Below are positions 53,579-62,525 of a DNA stretch of 64,000 nucleotides, piece by piece (the first letter of the stretch is position 1; every line of letters starts with the position of its first letter). Made by a program: the position numbers and the translations under genes. Location of the stretch: the NCBI GenBank assembly GCA_966112615.1, contig CBHWDO010000012.1, forward strand, positions 22,004 to 86,003, given 5' to 3'. Origin of the DNA: an uncultured bacterium. GTDB taxonomy: Bacteria; Bacteroidota; Bacteroidia; Chitinophagales; Chitinophagaceae. A model generated the notes under the pieces. It was not told the DNA's origin, made no database searches, and was given only the letters and a program-made list of their open reading frames with translations.

Positions 53579-54466
53579 TTACACCATGAATTCTAATAAA
53601 GCATGTTGCAATTTAATGTCAACCTGTGCCCCGGCTTTCAATTTCACTGTCTGGTCATCTATATGTACGTGTGTACCTTCCCAACAAATTGAAATATCCC
53701 TTCCTTTAATAATCTGGAAGTTGTAGTGATCATCATTTCCCTCCAATCTTGATTGCACATATTTCCTGAAACGATCCTTATCCTTTCCCGGAACCAATAC
53801 CAGTTCAAACATACCGTCACCAGGATCGGAATATGGAGACAATTTTAAATTAGGTCCGATAGAGGGTGTATTCATTACCTCAGCAAGAATAAATTTCCCC
53901 GAATGATCAATACCATCCACATGTAAACTGCATGCTTTAGCTTCATATTTATCAATGATCTCCAGCAACAGCTTAAGTGCACGTTCTAACTTTTCTTTGG
54001 GATCATCATCTTCAACATCATCCTGCTTATCCATTTCCATCATCAGGTAGGGGAATACTCCATATCCAAAACTCTCAAGAAAAAAATTTGAACCGGGAAT
54101 ATTATTAACCTTACCAACATCAAATGGCTTCACTTCAGCAAGAGAACCAATAATTTCCTTTTCATCACCAACAAGATTCAATGCCTTTGAAATATTGTTA
54201 GCAGTACCCATGGGGATCAGTGCAAGCTTAACAGCTTTACCAGGAAATTCTTTCTTCAATAGCTGTTTAACAACTGTCCGGACAGTTCCATCTCCTCCTG
54301 CGATCAGCAATATATCATGCTGATCATCAAACTTCTTCCAATTGTCATCATCGGTTGACCGGTATTCTGATGCATATCCATGCTCTTGTAATGCTGCCAG
54401 TATCTGCTCCTTGCCATGCGTTTCATCACCTGCCGAAGGATTATGGATCACTAAAATTTTATTCAT
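53579..54466 (-). CDS. Diacylglycerol/lipid kinase family protein (YegS/BmrU-like)
   Basis: It has the N-terminal DAGK catalytic-domain pattern with a GGDGT motif (IAGGDGTVRT). Confidence 0.85.
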   Translation of the reverse strand: MNKILVIHNPSAGDETHGKEQILAALQEHGYASEYRSTDDDNWKKFDDQHDILLIAGGDGTVRTVVKQLLKKEFPGKAVKLALIPMGTANNISKALNLVGDEKEIIGSLAEVKPFDVGKVNNIPGSNFFLESFGYGVFPYLMMEMDKQDDVEDDDPKEKLERALKLLLEIIDKYEAKACSLHVDGIDHSGKFILAEVMNTPSIGPNLKLSPYSDPGDGMFELVLVPGKDKDRFRKYVQSRLEGNDDHYNFQIIKGRDISICWEGTHVHIDDQTVKLKAGAQVDIKLQHALLEFMV

Positions 54467-54538
54467 ATTGCTGTATGTACATCAATGCTGTATAAAACTG
54501 TACCACCCTTTGGCATGATGTTGTTGAATGATTTCATC

Positions 54539-55270
54539 ATGAAAATCCTGATCACAAACGACGACGGAATTTATAGTCCTGGCATTGCAGCACTGGCTAA
54601 GATCGCATCTAAATTTGGTGAAGTAACTGTAATGGCGCCTGATGTTGAAAGGTCTGCAGCATCACATTCAATCACAGCTCATCTTCCCATTTCTTATAAA
54701 AAAGCAGTAATTCCTGTTGATGGAGTTCAGGCTTTTAAAGTGAATGGAACTCCAGCTGATTGTGCTGCCCTGGGTACACATTTATCCAAAATAGATGTAG
54801 TGCTTTCAGGCATCAATATGGGTCCGAATCTTGGTAATGCGATGTGGCATTCCGGAACGCTGGCAGCGGCCAAACAGGCTGTATTACTGGGTGTTCGGGG
54901 CATTGCTTTAAGTACACCGGTGGGAAAAGAAGATCCCGACTTCGATGGCTTCAGCAATTATGTTGAACAAACACTTGAATTGCTGTTGAAAGAAACCAGT
55001 CTTGCTTTGTACAATGTAAACTTTCCTCATAAACCAAAAGGCATTATGTGGACAAGGCAATCAGTTAGATTATACGATAATGAAATAGTACCTGCAATGG
55101 ACCCGATGGGTAGGAAACACTACTGGTTTACTGTTGTACCGCTTGGGCCTGCAGAAGAAGGAACAGACCGTTGGGCTGTTGAAAACGATTATGTTTCAAT
55201 TACCCCGTTAAGACTTGATCTTACCAATGAACATGAATTGAAAAAACATATCAATGGCACAGATTTTTAG
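54539..55270 (+). CDS. surE: 5'/3'-nucleotidase SurE
   Basis: The start MKILITNDDGIYSPGI carries the SurE N-D-D-G signature. The length of about 243 aa is typical. I prefer the start at 54539 over 54485. Confidence 0.92.
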   Translation: MKILITNDDGIYSPGIAALAKIASKFGEVTVMAPDVERSAASHSITAHLPISYKKAVIPVDGVQAFKVNGTPADCAALGTHLSKIDVVLSGINMGPNLGNAMWHSGTLAAAKQAVLLGVRGIALSTPVGKEDPDFDGFSNYVEQTLELLLKETSLALYNVNFPHKPKGIMWTRQSVRLYDNEIVPAMDPMGRKHYWFTVVPLGPAEEGTDRWAVENDYVSITPLRLDLTNEHELKKHINGTDF

Positions 55271-55313
55271 GTTTTGGTGCGACAATATTTTATAACATCT
55301 AAATACATTTCTT

Positions 55314-56192
55314 ATGGCAAAACAAAATAGAAACTGGAATCAGCAGAGAGAAGATAATTGGTCATGGGATAACAACCGCGACAGGGATCAGCGATATGAT
55401 GATTCACGAAACCGCGAACAATATGGCAACTACGGTAATGTAGGCTATGGCTATAACAGCAATAATTTCGACAACAACAGGAACGACAGGAGAAATAACG
55501 AATGGCGTTCCAATGACTGGCGTGATAATGACTGGAGAAATAATAATGACAGGATGAACAGCGGTTATGGTTCCAATAACCAGAATTATGGATCCAGCCA
55601 GTATCGTTCTGCATGGGACCGCGGTGATGAGATTGGTGAAGGTAAATTCGGAATGAATTATGGTCGTGAAGATTTTGGAAGAAGAGATGCAGGATACATG
55701 AATGATTACGGAAACCGTGGAGGATATAGAAATGATTCTTCCAATTCTCGTCCAAGAAGAGACTGGTGGGACAAAACAGTTGATGAAGTATCATCCTGGT
55801 TTGGTGATGATGAAGCAAGGCGGAGAAGAGAAAGAGATGAACGCAGCATGGGAGGACATAGAGGAAAGGGTCCGAAAGAATACAAGCGTTCACAGGAAAG
55901 GATCCAGGAAGATGTAAACGACAGGCTAAGTGATGATGATTATGTAGATGCTTCTGACATCCAGGTGCAGGTACTGAATAATGAAGTGATCCTGACCGGT
56001 AGTGTAAAAACAAGAGAGCAGAAGCGCAGGGCGGAAGACCTGGTGGAATCAGTTTCCGGCGTGCACAATGTTGAGAACCGCATCAAGGTTTCTAGAGATG
56101 AAAACAACACGGTGAATGATGTTTATTCTCACCAGAGAACTACCACGATCAGTGATGATGTAGCGGATAGTGAGAGGAACAGGATCGTTTAG
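55314..56192 (+). CDS. BON-domain protein with a long Asn/Arg/Asp/Trp-rich disordered N-terminus and a SWFGDDEA motif
   Basis: The C-terminal BON domain reads DVNDRLSDDDYVDASDIQVQVLNNEVILTGSVKTREQKRRAEDLVESVSGVHNVENRIKV. The SWFGDDEARRRRERDE motif is present. The N-terminal ~150 aa are low-complexity (NDWRDNDWRNNNDR...). Confidence 0.8.
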   Translation: MAKQNRNWNQQREDNWSWDNNRDRDQRYDDSRNREQYGNYGNVGYGYNSNNFDNNRNDRRNNEWRSNDWRDNDWRNNNDRMNSGYGSNNQNYGSSQYRSAWDRGDEIGEGKFGMNYGREDFGRRDAGYMNDYGNRGGYRNDSSNSRPRRDWWDKTVDEVSSWFGDDEARRRRERDERSMGGHRGKGPKEYKRSQERIQEDVNDRLSDDDYVDASDIQVQVLNNEVILTGSVKTREQKRRAEDLVESVSGVHNVENRIKVSRDENNTVNDVYSHQRTTTISDDVADSERNRIV

Positions 56193-56268
56193 CGGGCTGA
56201 CCAATTGCGAAGCAATGGGGCTGAACGCACCCGGCTGAACAAAAAGCGCAGCTTTTAGGGCTGACGGG
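56192..56268. repeat. Single ~77-bp unit of the GGCTGAAC-box repeat family
   Basis: The sequence is gcgggctgacc-aattgcgaagcaatg-gggctgaacgcac-cc-ggctgaaca-aaaagcgcagctttta-gggctgacggg. It is collinear with each arm of the 52078-52237 palindrome. Confidence 0.85.
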
Positions 56269-56274
56269 AGTGGA

Positions 56275-56306
56275 GAAGTGAAGAAGTGACGAAGTGAAGA
56301 AGTGAC
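56275..56306. repeat. Tandem direct repeat, 2 x 16 bp (GAAGTGAAGAAGTGAC)
   Basis: Two exact adjacent copies lie at 56275-56290 and 56291-56306. A degenerate partial copy precedes them (ggagtggagaagtg). Confidence 0.85.
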
Positions 56307-56307
56307 G

Positions 56308-56334
56308 AAAAAGGCGCCTTACCGGCGCTTTTTT
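56308..56334. terminator. Bidirectional intrinsic terminator between the BON gene and the GT2 gene
   Basis: The stem aaaaaggcgcc (56308-56318) / ggcgctttttt (56324-56334) has a 5-nt loop. An A-run on one side and a T-run on the other give a U-tail on either strand. It overlaps the GT2 stop codon. Confidence 0.75.
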
Positions 56335-57752
56335 CATGCCCCCGCCGGAGCACTGAATCCCTTCCTGGTCATATCACCCCAGGATTTCTTCTTTCTTAAA
56401 AGATCTATGATCCCGCGAATAGAAGACCATACAACGAACGGATGAAAGATCAATGGTTCAAGCAATGCTGCGACCATTAACCGGGGAACCGCCTTATCTT
56501 TTTTATACTCGTTATATGTTGCCACTTCCATCAATATTGCAAACAGAGAATACAGAAAACCAAAACTCAGGATGAACAACAGCAACAGGAAAAAGAATGT
56601 CCAGTTCATCAATCCCAGTATTGCAAGCACCAGGAAGAACACTAACCCGATGGTCTCCACAACAGGTGCCATCAATTCAAAGAAGAACCAGTACGGGTAA
56701 CTCAACATGCCAAGGATACCATACTTCGGATTGAAGAACATTCTCTTATGCAACTGAAGTGTTTCAATAGTTCCACGCATCCACCTGTTGCGCTGCCTTC
56801 CCAATATTTTAAAATCAGAAGGAACTTCGGTCCAGCATAAGGGGTCAGGAATATAACTTACAGTATAAGGCAGTTTGTTTTCATGCATATACCTTCTCAT
56901 GCGTACGACCAGTTCCATATCTTCTCCAACTGTTGCATGATTGTATCCGCCTGCCTTGATAACTATTTCGCGGTCAAATGCACCGAATGCACCGGAGATC
57001 AGCAAAAGCCCATCCATCCTGGCCCAGGCCATCCTGGCCAGCAGAAATGAACGGATATATTCCAGCGTTTGCATTCTTGCGATCATATTCTTTGGAAGTC
57101 TAACTTCTTCCAGCATACCATTTCTGATCACGCAGGAATTTGCGATCCTGATCACTCCACCGGTTGCAATAACTCGCTTCTTTCCCGGTTCTAGGAAGGG
57201 CTTCATCAGTTTAATGATCGCATCCTGTTCCAGTATACAATCCACATCTATACAAACAATATATCTTCCTTTTGATACATTGATCCCAACATTCAGTGCA
57301 TCAGCCTTTCCACCATTGATCTTATCAACAACAACCAACCTTGAAAAAACAGGCATGGTACTCCTGTAAACTCCACGGATCTGCTTCGTATCAATTTCAC
57401 AATTGATTTTTTCATCGGAAAGCACCATGGCATATTGATCCACTACTTTCTTTAAAGTATTATCCTTACTTCCATCATTGATGATAATGATCTCCAGTTT
57501 ATCGTAATGGATATTCAATAGTGATCTGACATTCTCAACAATCGTAGCTTCTTCATTGTATGCAGGTGCGAGAAGACTTACGGTCGGCGAAAACTCGGTA
57601 ACAAGCAGGTTATTATAGTTAGTGAAACTTGCCTTACGCAAATGGTTCCTTGTTTCACCCACAGAATACAAAGCAATGAAAATGTAAAAACTTAATAAAA
57701 CAATTGAATACAGCAGAATGGAGTATACAAGGATCTCCGTAATTAATTCCAT
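56334..57752 (-). CDS. Membrane-embedded processive family-2 glycosyltransferase (PgaC/IcaA/YaiP-like synthase)
   Basis: It has an N-terminal TM helix, GT2 motifs (INDGSKD, GGKADALN, DVDC, VGEDMEL, GRQRNRWMRG = QxxRW) and about 4 C-terminal TM helices. Confidence 0.88.
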   Translation of the reverse strand: MELITEILVYSILLYSIVLLSFYIFIALYSVGETRNHLRKASFTNYNNLLVTEFSPTVSLLAPAYNEEATIVENVRSLLNIHYDKLEIIIINDGSKDNTLKKVVDQYAMVLSDEKINCEIDTKQIRGVYRSTMPVFSRLVVVDKINGGKADALNVGINVSKGRYIVCIDVDCILEQDAIIKLMKPFLEPGKKRVIATGGVIRIANSCVIRNGMLEEVRLPKNMIARMQTLEYIRSFLLARMAWARMDGLLLISGAFGAFDREIVIKAGGYNHATVGEDMELVVRMRRYMHENKLPYTVSYIPDPLCWTEVPSDFKILGRQRNRWMRGTIETLQLHKRMFFNPKYGILGMLSYPYWFFFELMAPVVETIGLVFFLVLAILGLMNWTFFFLLLLFILSFGFLYSLFAILMEVATYNEYKKDKAVPRLMVAALLEPLIFHPFVVWSSIRGIIDLLRKKKSWGDMTRKGFSAPAGA

Positions 57753-58588
57753 ACAACCTCCTCTTCAGATAATTCTTTAAATACCTCTAATGCATACGCA
57801 CGAACATGTTGTGATGGATGTGATCTTAAGACATCAATCTCCTCCACCAATTCAAAACATGAATGTATGAACGCGATCTTCAATCCAAGTATGATAATGC
57901 AATCATTATGAACCTGCATCATCCTGCTGACAAGCCATGAATGTGAGAACTGGTGATAACTCAATTCATCGATCAGGCAGATATGCTGCCATTCACTGAT
58001 GGTATGTGGCATGTAAAGCAGCTCGCTTAATCCATCAAATCCTTTTAGTCTTACTAAGCCAATTTGCGCTTCGGTTCGCACATGAATATTTCTATCATTG
58101 ATATAAGTCAGCAGGATCTCCACTGCACAGCTATCTTCAAATCTTGCGATAGCCTGTACAGCGTGAGCACGACGATGCCAATGCCAGTTTTTCAATTCTT
58201 TATAAATCACAGTTTTCAAACCAAGCTTCCGGTATAGCATCTGAATATGTTCTAACGCAATTCCTTTTAATGAAATCGAGGCCTGTGTTAACTTTCTAAC
58301 GACTACCAGGCTGTCCTTCCGGCTGGAACAAATTTCCAATAATGTTTGCTTTACATCCTGCTGTGCAAGAAATATTTCAAATTCATCATGATCCTCACAG
58401 ATCGATAACTTGCTGATAATATCATCCAGCTTTTCATTCAGCATATTTTCATGTCGCTGCCTGAACTGTGCAACGATCATCAAAACTATAATGAGGAACA
58501 CCAGTAAAATAATAATGGCAACAAAGAATATCATCGCCATCACCAGCTGGTGAGAATTGAAAAAATTCTGGATATCGCAGGTATACAT
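57743..58588 (-). CDS. Single-pass membrane protein with HEAT-like repeats
   Basis: The N-terminal TM helix is MAMIFFVAIIILLVFLIIVLMIVAQF. Repeated helical-pair motifs contain HVR/RRAHA (NIHVRTEAQIGLVRL, SQHVRAYALEVFKEL). The stop overlaps the GT2 start by 10 nt. Confidence 0.65.
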   Translation of the reverse strand: MYTCDIQNFFNSHQLVMAMIFFVAIIILLVFLIIVLMIVAQFRQRHENMLNEKLDDIISKLSICEDHDEFEIFLAQQDVKQTLLEICSSRKDSLVVVRKLTQASISLKGIALEHIQMLYRKLGLKTVIYKELKNWHWHRRAHAVQAIARFEDSCAVEILLTYINDRNIHVRTEAQIGLVRLKGFDGLSELLYMPHTISEWQHICLIDELSYHQFSHSWLVSRMMQVHNDCIIILGLKIAFIHSCFELVEEIDVLRSHPSQHVRAYALEVFKELSEEEVVWN

Positions 58589-58593
58589 TCCGC

Positions 58594-58947
58594 TTAGGAT
58601 GTTAGTTTTTTTACTCGGATAGTCAGTTCATTCGGACTAAAAGGCTTGGTCATATAATCATCTGCTCCAAGATTGAAAGCTTCCAGTACGGTTTTTTCCT
58701 GTCCCATTGCAGATAAAACGATGATCGGGACTTTGCGCTCACTGTTCTTGACGAACGAAACGATCTCCAGGCCTGAAACATAGGGCATCATGATATCTGT
58801 GATCACCAGTTCAGGTGATTCATTCTTTATCAGGTCAATGGCAGAGCGTCCATCCTCTGCAGTCAACACTTCATAGCCATCCTTTTTCAACTTAAGCGCA
58901 ATTGTTTTCAACATCAATGGTTCGTCTTCTGCAACCAGTATTCTCAT
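58594..58947 (-). CDS. Single-domain (CheY-like) response regulator
   Basis: The 117-aa protein is REC only (MRILVAEDE...LVITDIMMPYVSG...KPF). It has no output domain. Confidence 0.9.
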   Translation of the reverse strand: MRILVAEDEPLMLKTIALKLKKDGYEVLTAEDGRSAIDLIKNESPELVITDIMMPYVSGLEIVSFVKNSERKVPIIVLSAMGQEKTVLEAFNLGADDYMTKPFSPNELTIRVKKLTS

Positions 58948-58958
58948 AGTTTGGATAT

Positions 58959-61535
58959 TTATATGATCGCTAATCTTTTTGATAATTCATCTTCAATCAA
59001 AGGGCTCACTTCACTGAACTGCACCATAAGATCATTCAACAATGTATCTACCTGTTTCCATTCGTTTTCGCCCAGGTGAGCTTTATCTCTTGTCAGGGAT
59101 TCCACCACATGGCATGTATTCAACATACCATTGATCTTCAGTAATCCCAATGCAGATTTTAATTTATGTACGGTAAAGAAAACCGACTCAGGGTTCCGGT
59201 TTGAATAAGCATCCTGTATGCTCTGAAGTGCATCCGGCGTGGTTTGCAGGAAATGAGCCAATACTTCTCCTGTATATTTATCATCCCCCAGTTCATTCAG
59301 AAATTGAAGATCAAAAACTGCGTTGTCTTCTTTCTTTTCCCAGATCACCGGAACAGTCTTTTCACCGAGCAATCTTGAAATGGAAGCAAATAATTCAGCC
59401 TGGTCAAATGGTTTGGCGATATAATCATTCATGCCAAGCTTCAAGCATTTATTTCTTTCATCCTGGAGTACGCTTGCCGTCATCGCAATGATAGGCGTGT
59501 GAATTTTGAGATCATTCCTGATTACTGTAGTGGTTCTGTATCCATCCAGCTCAGGCATGTGAAGATCCATGATGATCAGGTCAAACTGCTGACCCTTATC
59601 AAGTATTTCAACAGCTTCCTTTCCATGATTGGCAATGGTGTATTCAATTCCAACCTTTCTCAGTGTCTGTGATATTACCATCTGGTTGATCTCATTGTCT
59701 TCAACGATGAGCACTTTTCTTCCTTTCAACAAGGTAAAATCAACCGGTTCATGCCTGATGGCAACTGGCTTAACTTTTGTCTGCGCAAGATCATAAGGAA
59801 TGGTAAACCTGAATGTGGTACCCTTACCATGAACGCTTTCAACGCTGATCGTTCCATCCTGTAATTCTATCAGTTTTTTGGTAATGGACAGACCAAGTCC
59901 TGTTCCACCAAATTCACGTGTGATACTGTTGGTGCCCTGTTCAAAACTTTTGAAGATCGATTCAAGCTTATCCTGTTCTATTCCAATTCCAGTATCAGCT
60001 ACCGAAAAATGAAGCTCAACTTTTCCCGAAGAAACCCGCTTCTCTTCAATGGTCAGGATAACACTGCCTTCTTTAGTAAATTTGATCGCATTTCCCAACA
60101 GGTTGTTCAGGATCTGTATCAACCTGAATTGGTCTCCCACAATATGCAATGGGAAATCAATATTACTGTTGACCTCAAAATTTATATTGTTGAATTTGGC
60201 CTTGATATCAAACGGTGTAGCCACCGAATCAAGCACTTCATTCAATTCAAATGGAACTTTCTCAATGTTCAGTTTACCCGCTTTGATCTTCGACAAATCA
60301 AGAATATCATTGATCAGGAATAACAATGTATCGGAAGATTTCTTGATGGTTTTTACAATACTTCTTTGCTCACTGGTCAATACAGTACTGGAAAGGATAT
60401 CGGTCATTCCCACAATACCATTCATTGGTGTACGTATCTCATGGCTCATATTTGCAAGGAAGGTTTCCTGTAGTCTTTCTGCAGATTCAGCCTTCTTTTT
60501 AGCGGCTAACAATTCCTCCTGGTATTTGATCCGCTCAGTAACTTCCCGGGTCGAGATACAAATGTTCTCTACAATTCCTTTTTCATTTTTTACAGGATAG
60601 AAAACTGTTTCATACCATCTTGGACCCATCGGTGAATTAAGCTTCACATCACCGATCTGCATTTCACCCTGGATCACTTTTTCAAAAATTGCCTGGTAGT
60701 ATGGAATTCTTTCAGGAGGAAAGAAATCAAAGAACTTCATTCCTTCCTTCAGTTCCTTACCCGAATGCTGGACGCTCATTTCGTTTGCATGCTCATTGAT
60801 CAGTACAAGCGTTGAATCTTTCTTGATCAGTATGACTGCTTCTTTAGCACTGTTCAGGACAGCACTCATCCTTTGTTGAGATTCCGCAAGCCTGGATTCC
60901 GCTTCTTTCCTGTTATTCATTCCCCTGTTAAGTATCTGGAGAATTCCAATGATGATAATGAATGCAATGATGGATGATATAAACTGAAGTGAATAATTAG
61001 CTTCAAGCGACTCTACATTTTCAGAAAAATTGGAAGTAAGAATCTTTCCTTCTCTTTGTTTGATAGAATGAATACTGGTAAGGATCTCTTCCATCAACTC
61101 TTTGCCCTTCATGGTTTTGATCAGATTCTTTCCACCTTCCTGTTTATCCTGGAAATGTTCCCTGATAATCTGGTCATTGAAGTTGACTTTCTGGTTTACA
61201 AAGGAATCCAGCCTTAGAATATCTGCATACTGAACGGGATTATGACTATTCCAGACTTTAAGTTTCGCAATACTGCTCTTGATGGAATCCTTTCTTCTTG
61301 AAAGATCATTGATGAATTCCTTGCGGTCAGAAATTACAAAGCCCCTGGTATTTGATTCAATATTGGAGGTAAGTGCTTCAACATTATCCAGTTCAGTAAT
61401 GACTTTCCCGGTGTGTGTTACCCACTCCTGGTTCTTCAACACCTGGCGGTGGTTGATATTGATAAGTGTAAGGAAGACAACTACAAACAGGGTGGTAAAG
61501 ATGCCAAAGGCCAGTATCTGCTTCTGAACTTTCAT
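58959..61535 (-). CDS. Hybrid sensor histidine kinase (CHASE3-TM-PAS-HisKA-HATPase-REC-HPt)
   Basis: It has an N-terminal TM helix plus a CHASE3-like region, a second TM helix and a PAS domain. The H-box is FLANMSHEIRTPMNGI and the HATPase motif is GTGLGLSI. The REC domain reads DLIIMDLHMPELDG and the C-terminal HPt reads HKLKSALGLL. Confidence 0.88.
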   Translation of the reverse strand: MKVQKQILAFGIFTTLFVVVFLTLININHRQVLKNQEWVTHTGKVITELDNVEALTSNIESNTRGFVISDRKEFINDLSRRKDSIKSSIAKLKVWNSHNPVQYADILRLDSFVNQKVNFNDQIIREHFQDKQEGGKNLIKTMKGKELMEEILTSIHSIKQREGKILTSNFSENVESLEANYSLQFISSIIAFIIIIGILQILNRGMNNRKEAESRLAESQQRMSAVLNSAKEAVILIKKDSTLVLINEHANEMSVQHSGKELKEGMKFFDFFPPERIPYYQAIFEKVIQGEMQIGDVKLNSPMGPRWYETVFYPVKNEKGIVENICISTREVTERIKYQEELLAAKKKAESAERLQETFLANMSHEIRTPMNGIVGMTDILSSTVLTSEQRSIVKTIKKSSDTLLFLINDILDLSKIKAGKLNIEKVPFELNEVLDSVATPFDIKAKFNNINFEVNSNIDFPLHIVGDQFRLIQILNNLLGNAIKFTKEGSVILTIEEKRVSSGKVELHFSVADTGIGIEQDKLESIFKSFEQGTNSITREFGGTGLGLSITKKLIELQDGTISVESVHGKGTTFRFTIPYDLAQTKVKPVAIRHEPVDFTLLKGRKVLIVEDNEINQMVISQTLRKVGIEYTIANHGKEAVEILDKGQQFDLIIMDLHMPELDGYRTTTVIRNDLKIHTPIIAMTASVLQDERNKCLKLGMNDYIAKPFDQAELFASISRLLGEKTVPVIWEKKEDNAVFDLQFLNELGDDKYTGEVLAHFLQTTPDALQSIQDAYSNRNPESVFFTVHKLKSALGLLKINGMLNTCHVVESLTRDKAHLGENEWKQVDTLLNDLMVQFSEVSPLIEDELSKRLAII

Positions 61536-61736
61536 GGAATAATGGATCTGGATTACTAATCAATGTAAAATAACCGCTTAGAAGCCTTTTCATTATGTTT
61601 ATACCATCCTATGTTTAGGACAGTAATAGAAAACCCTTATTGTATTTAGGAATTTTACATATAAACCAAAATTGTATTCCCTCCCGAAAAATGCAATCGA
61701 TTCATATATATCTACTTTGCAGAAGATTTAAATCCT

Positions 61737-62525
61737 ATGTTATACCGAATTTCCATTCTTTCCCTGGTGCTACTAACAGTGATGGGTAACCGAAGTTTTG
61801 CCCAGCAGAAAGATTCCCTGCTGAACGAGGTTAAACTGAATTATGGATTGATCAATAACAATAATCCTTCTTCTTCAAACTGGCAGTTAACTTCCCTTGA
61901 ATACAAACGTAATACTTCATTTGGACCGCTCATTGCAAGAATGAATTATGGAAACTGGCTTGGTAAAGATGGACTGCAGTTTGAAGCCGAAGCATATCCT
62001 TCCTTTTCCAAAAAGGTCTATAGCTATGCCGGTATCGGGTATTCCAATGCCATGCCGATATTCCCGAAATTCCGTGCAGGGTACTCGCTGTTCGTTAATC
62101 TACCAAAGGCCTTTGAAGTTGAAGGAGGATTCAGGTATCTGAAATTTGATAAAGACATTTTCATCTATACCATCGGTGCCAGTAAGTACCTTGGAAACTG
62201 GCTGATCAATGCAAGATCCTTCCTAACGCCCATGGATAACCGAATTGAACAGTCCTACCTATTTACAACCAGGAAATATTTCGGGGAAAATAATCAATAT
62301 GCTTTTCTGCAGGGAGGCTACGGAATATCACCGGATGAGAACCGGAATATTCAACTGATCACCAATACCCGGTTGAAAACTTACCGCATCTCTGCAGGAT
62401 CCTGGCTCAACATCACCAGGACCCTGCAGGCGCAGTTTGAATTCGGTTACTCTCAAAATGAACTATCAGAAACAGTCAACAATAACCAGTTCTTCGGAAC
62501 TGTTGGTCTCGCTAAAAAATTCTAA
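61737..62525 (+). CDS. YaiO-family outer-membrane beta-barrel protein
   Basis: It has a signal peptide (...GNRSFAQQ). The ~240-aa barrel-like sequence, rich in aromatic/Gly strand ends and ending in ...VGLAKKF, resembles the YaiO family as I recall it. The call needs HMM confirmation. Confidence 0.6.
   Translation: MLYRISILSLVLLTVMGNRSFAQQKDSLLNEVKLNYGLINNNNPSSSNWQLTSLEYKRNTSFGPLIARMNYGNWLGKDGLQFEAEAYPSFSKKVYSYAGIGYSNAMPIFPKFRAGYSLFVNLPKAFEVEGGFRYLKFDKDIFIYTIGASKYLGNWLINARSFLTPMDNRIEQSYLFTTRKYFGENNQYAFLQGGYGISPDENRNIQLITNTRLKTYRISAGSWLNITRTLQAQFEFGYSQNELSETVNNNQFFGTVGLAKKF

Noticed and set aside
55312-56013. A 233-aa minus-strand ORF rich in His, Cys, Ser and Leu.
   Set aside because: It lies exactly antisense to the low-complexity N-terminus of the BON-domain gene and has no start context or motifs. 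It is a shadow ORF created by the repetitive AAT/GAC/AGG codons on the plus strand.
56149-56337. A 62-aa minus-strand ORF between the BON gene and the GT2 gene.
   Set aside because: It is composed entirely of the intergenic repeat unit, the 16-bp tandem repeat and the terminator hairpin. The structured repeat explains it better than a coding function.
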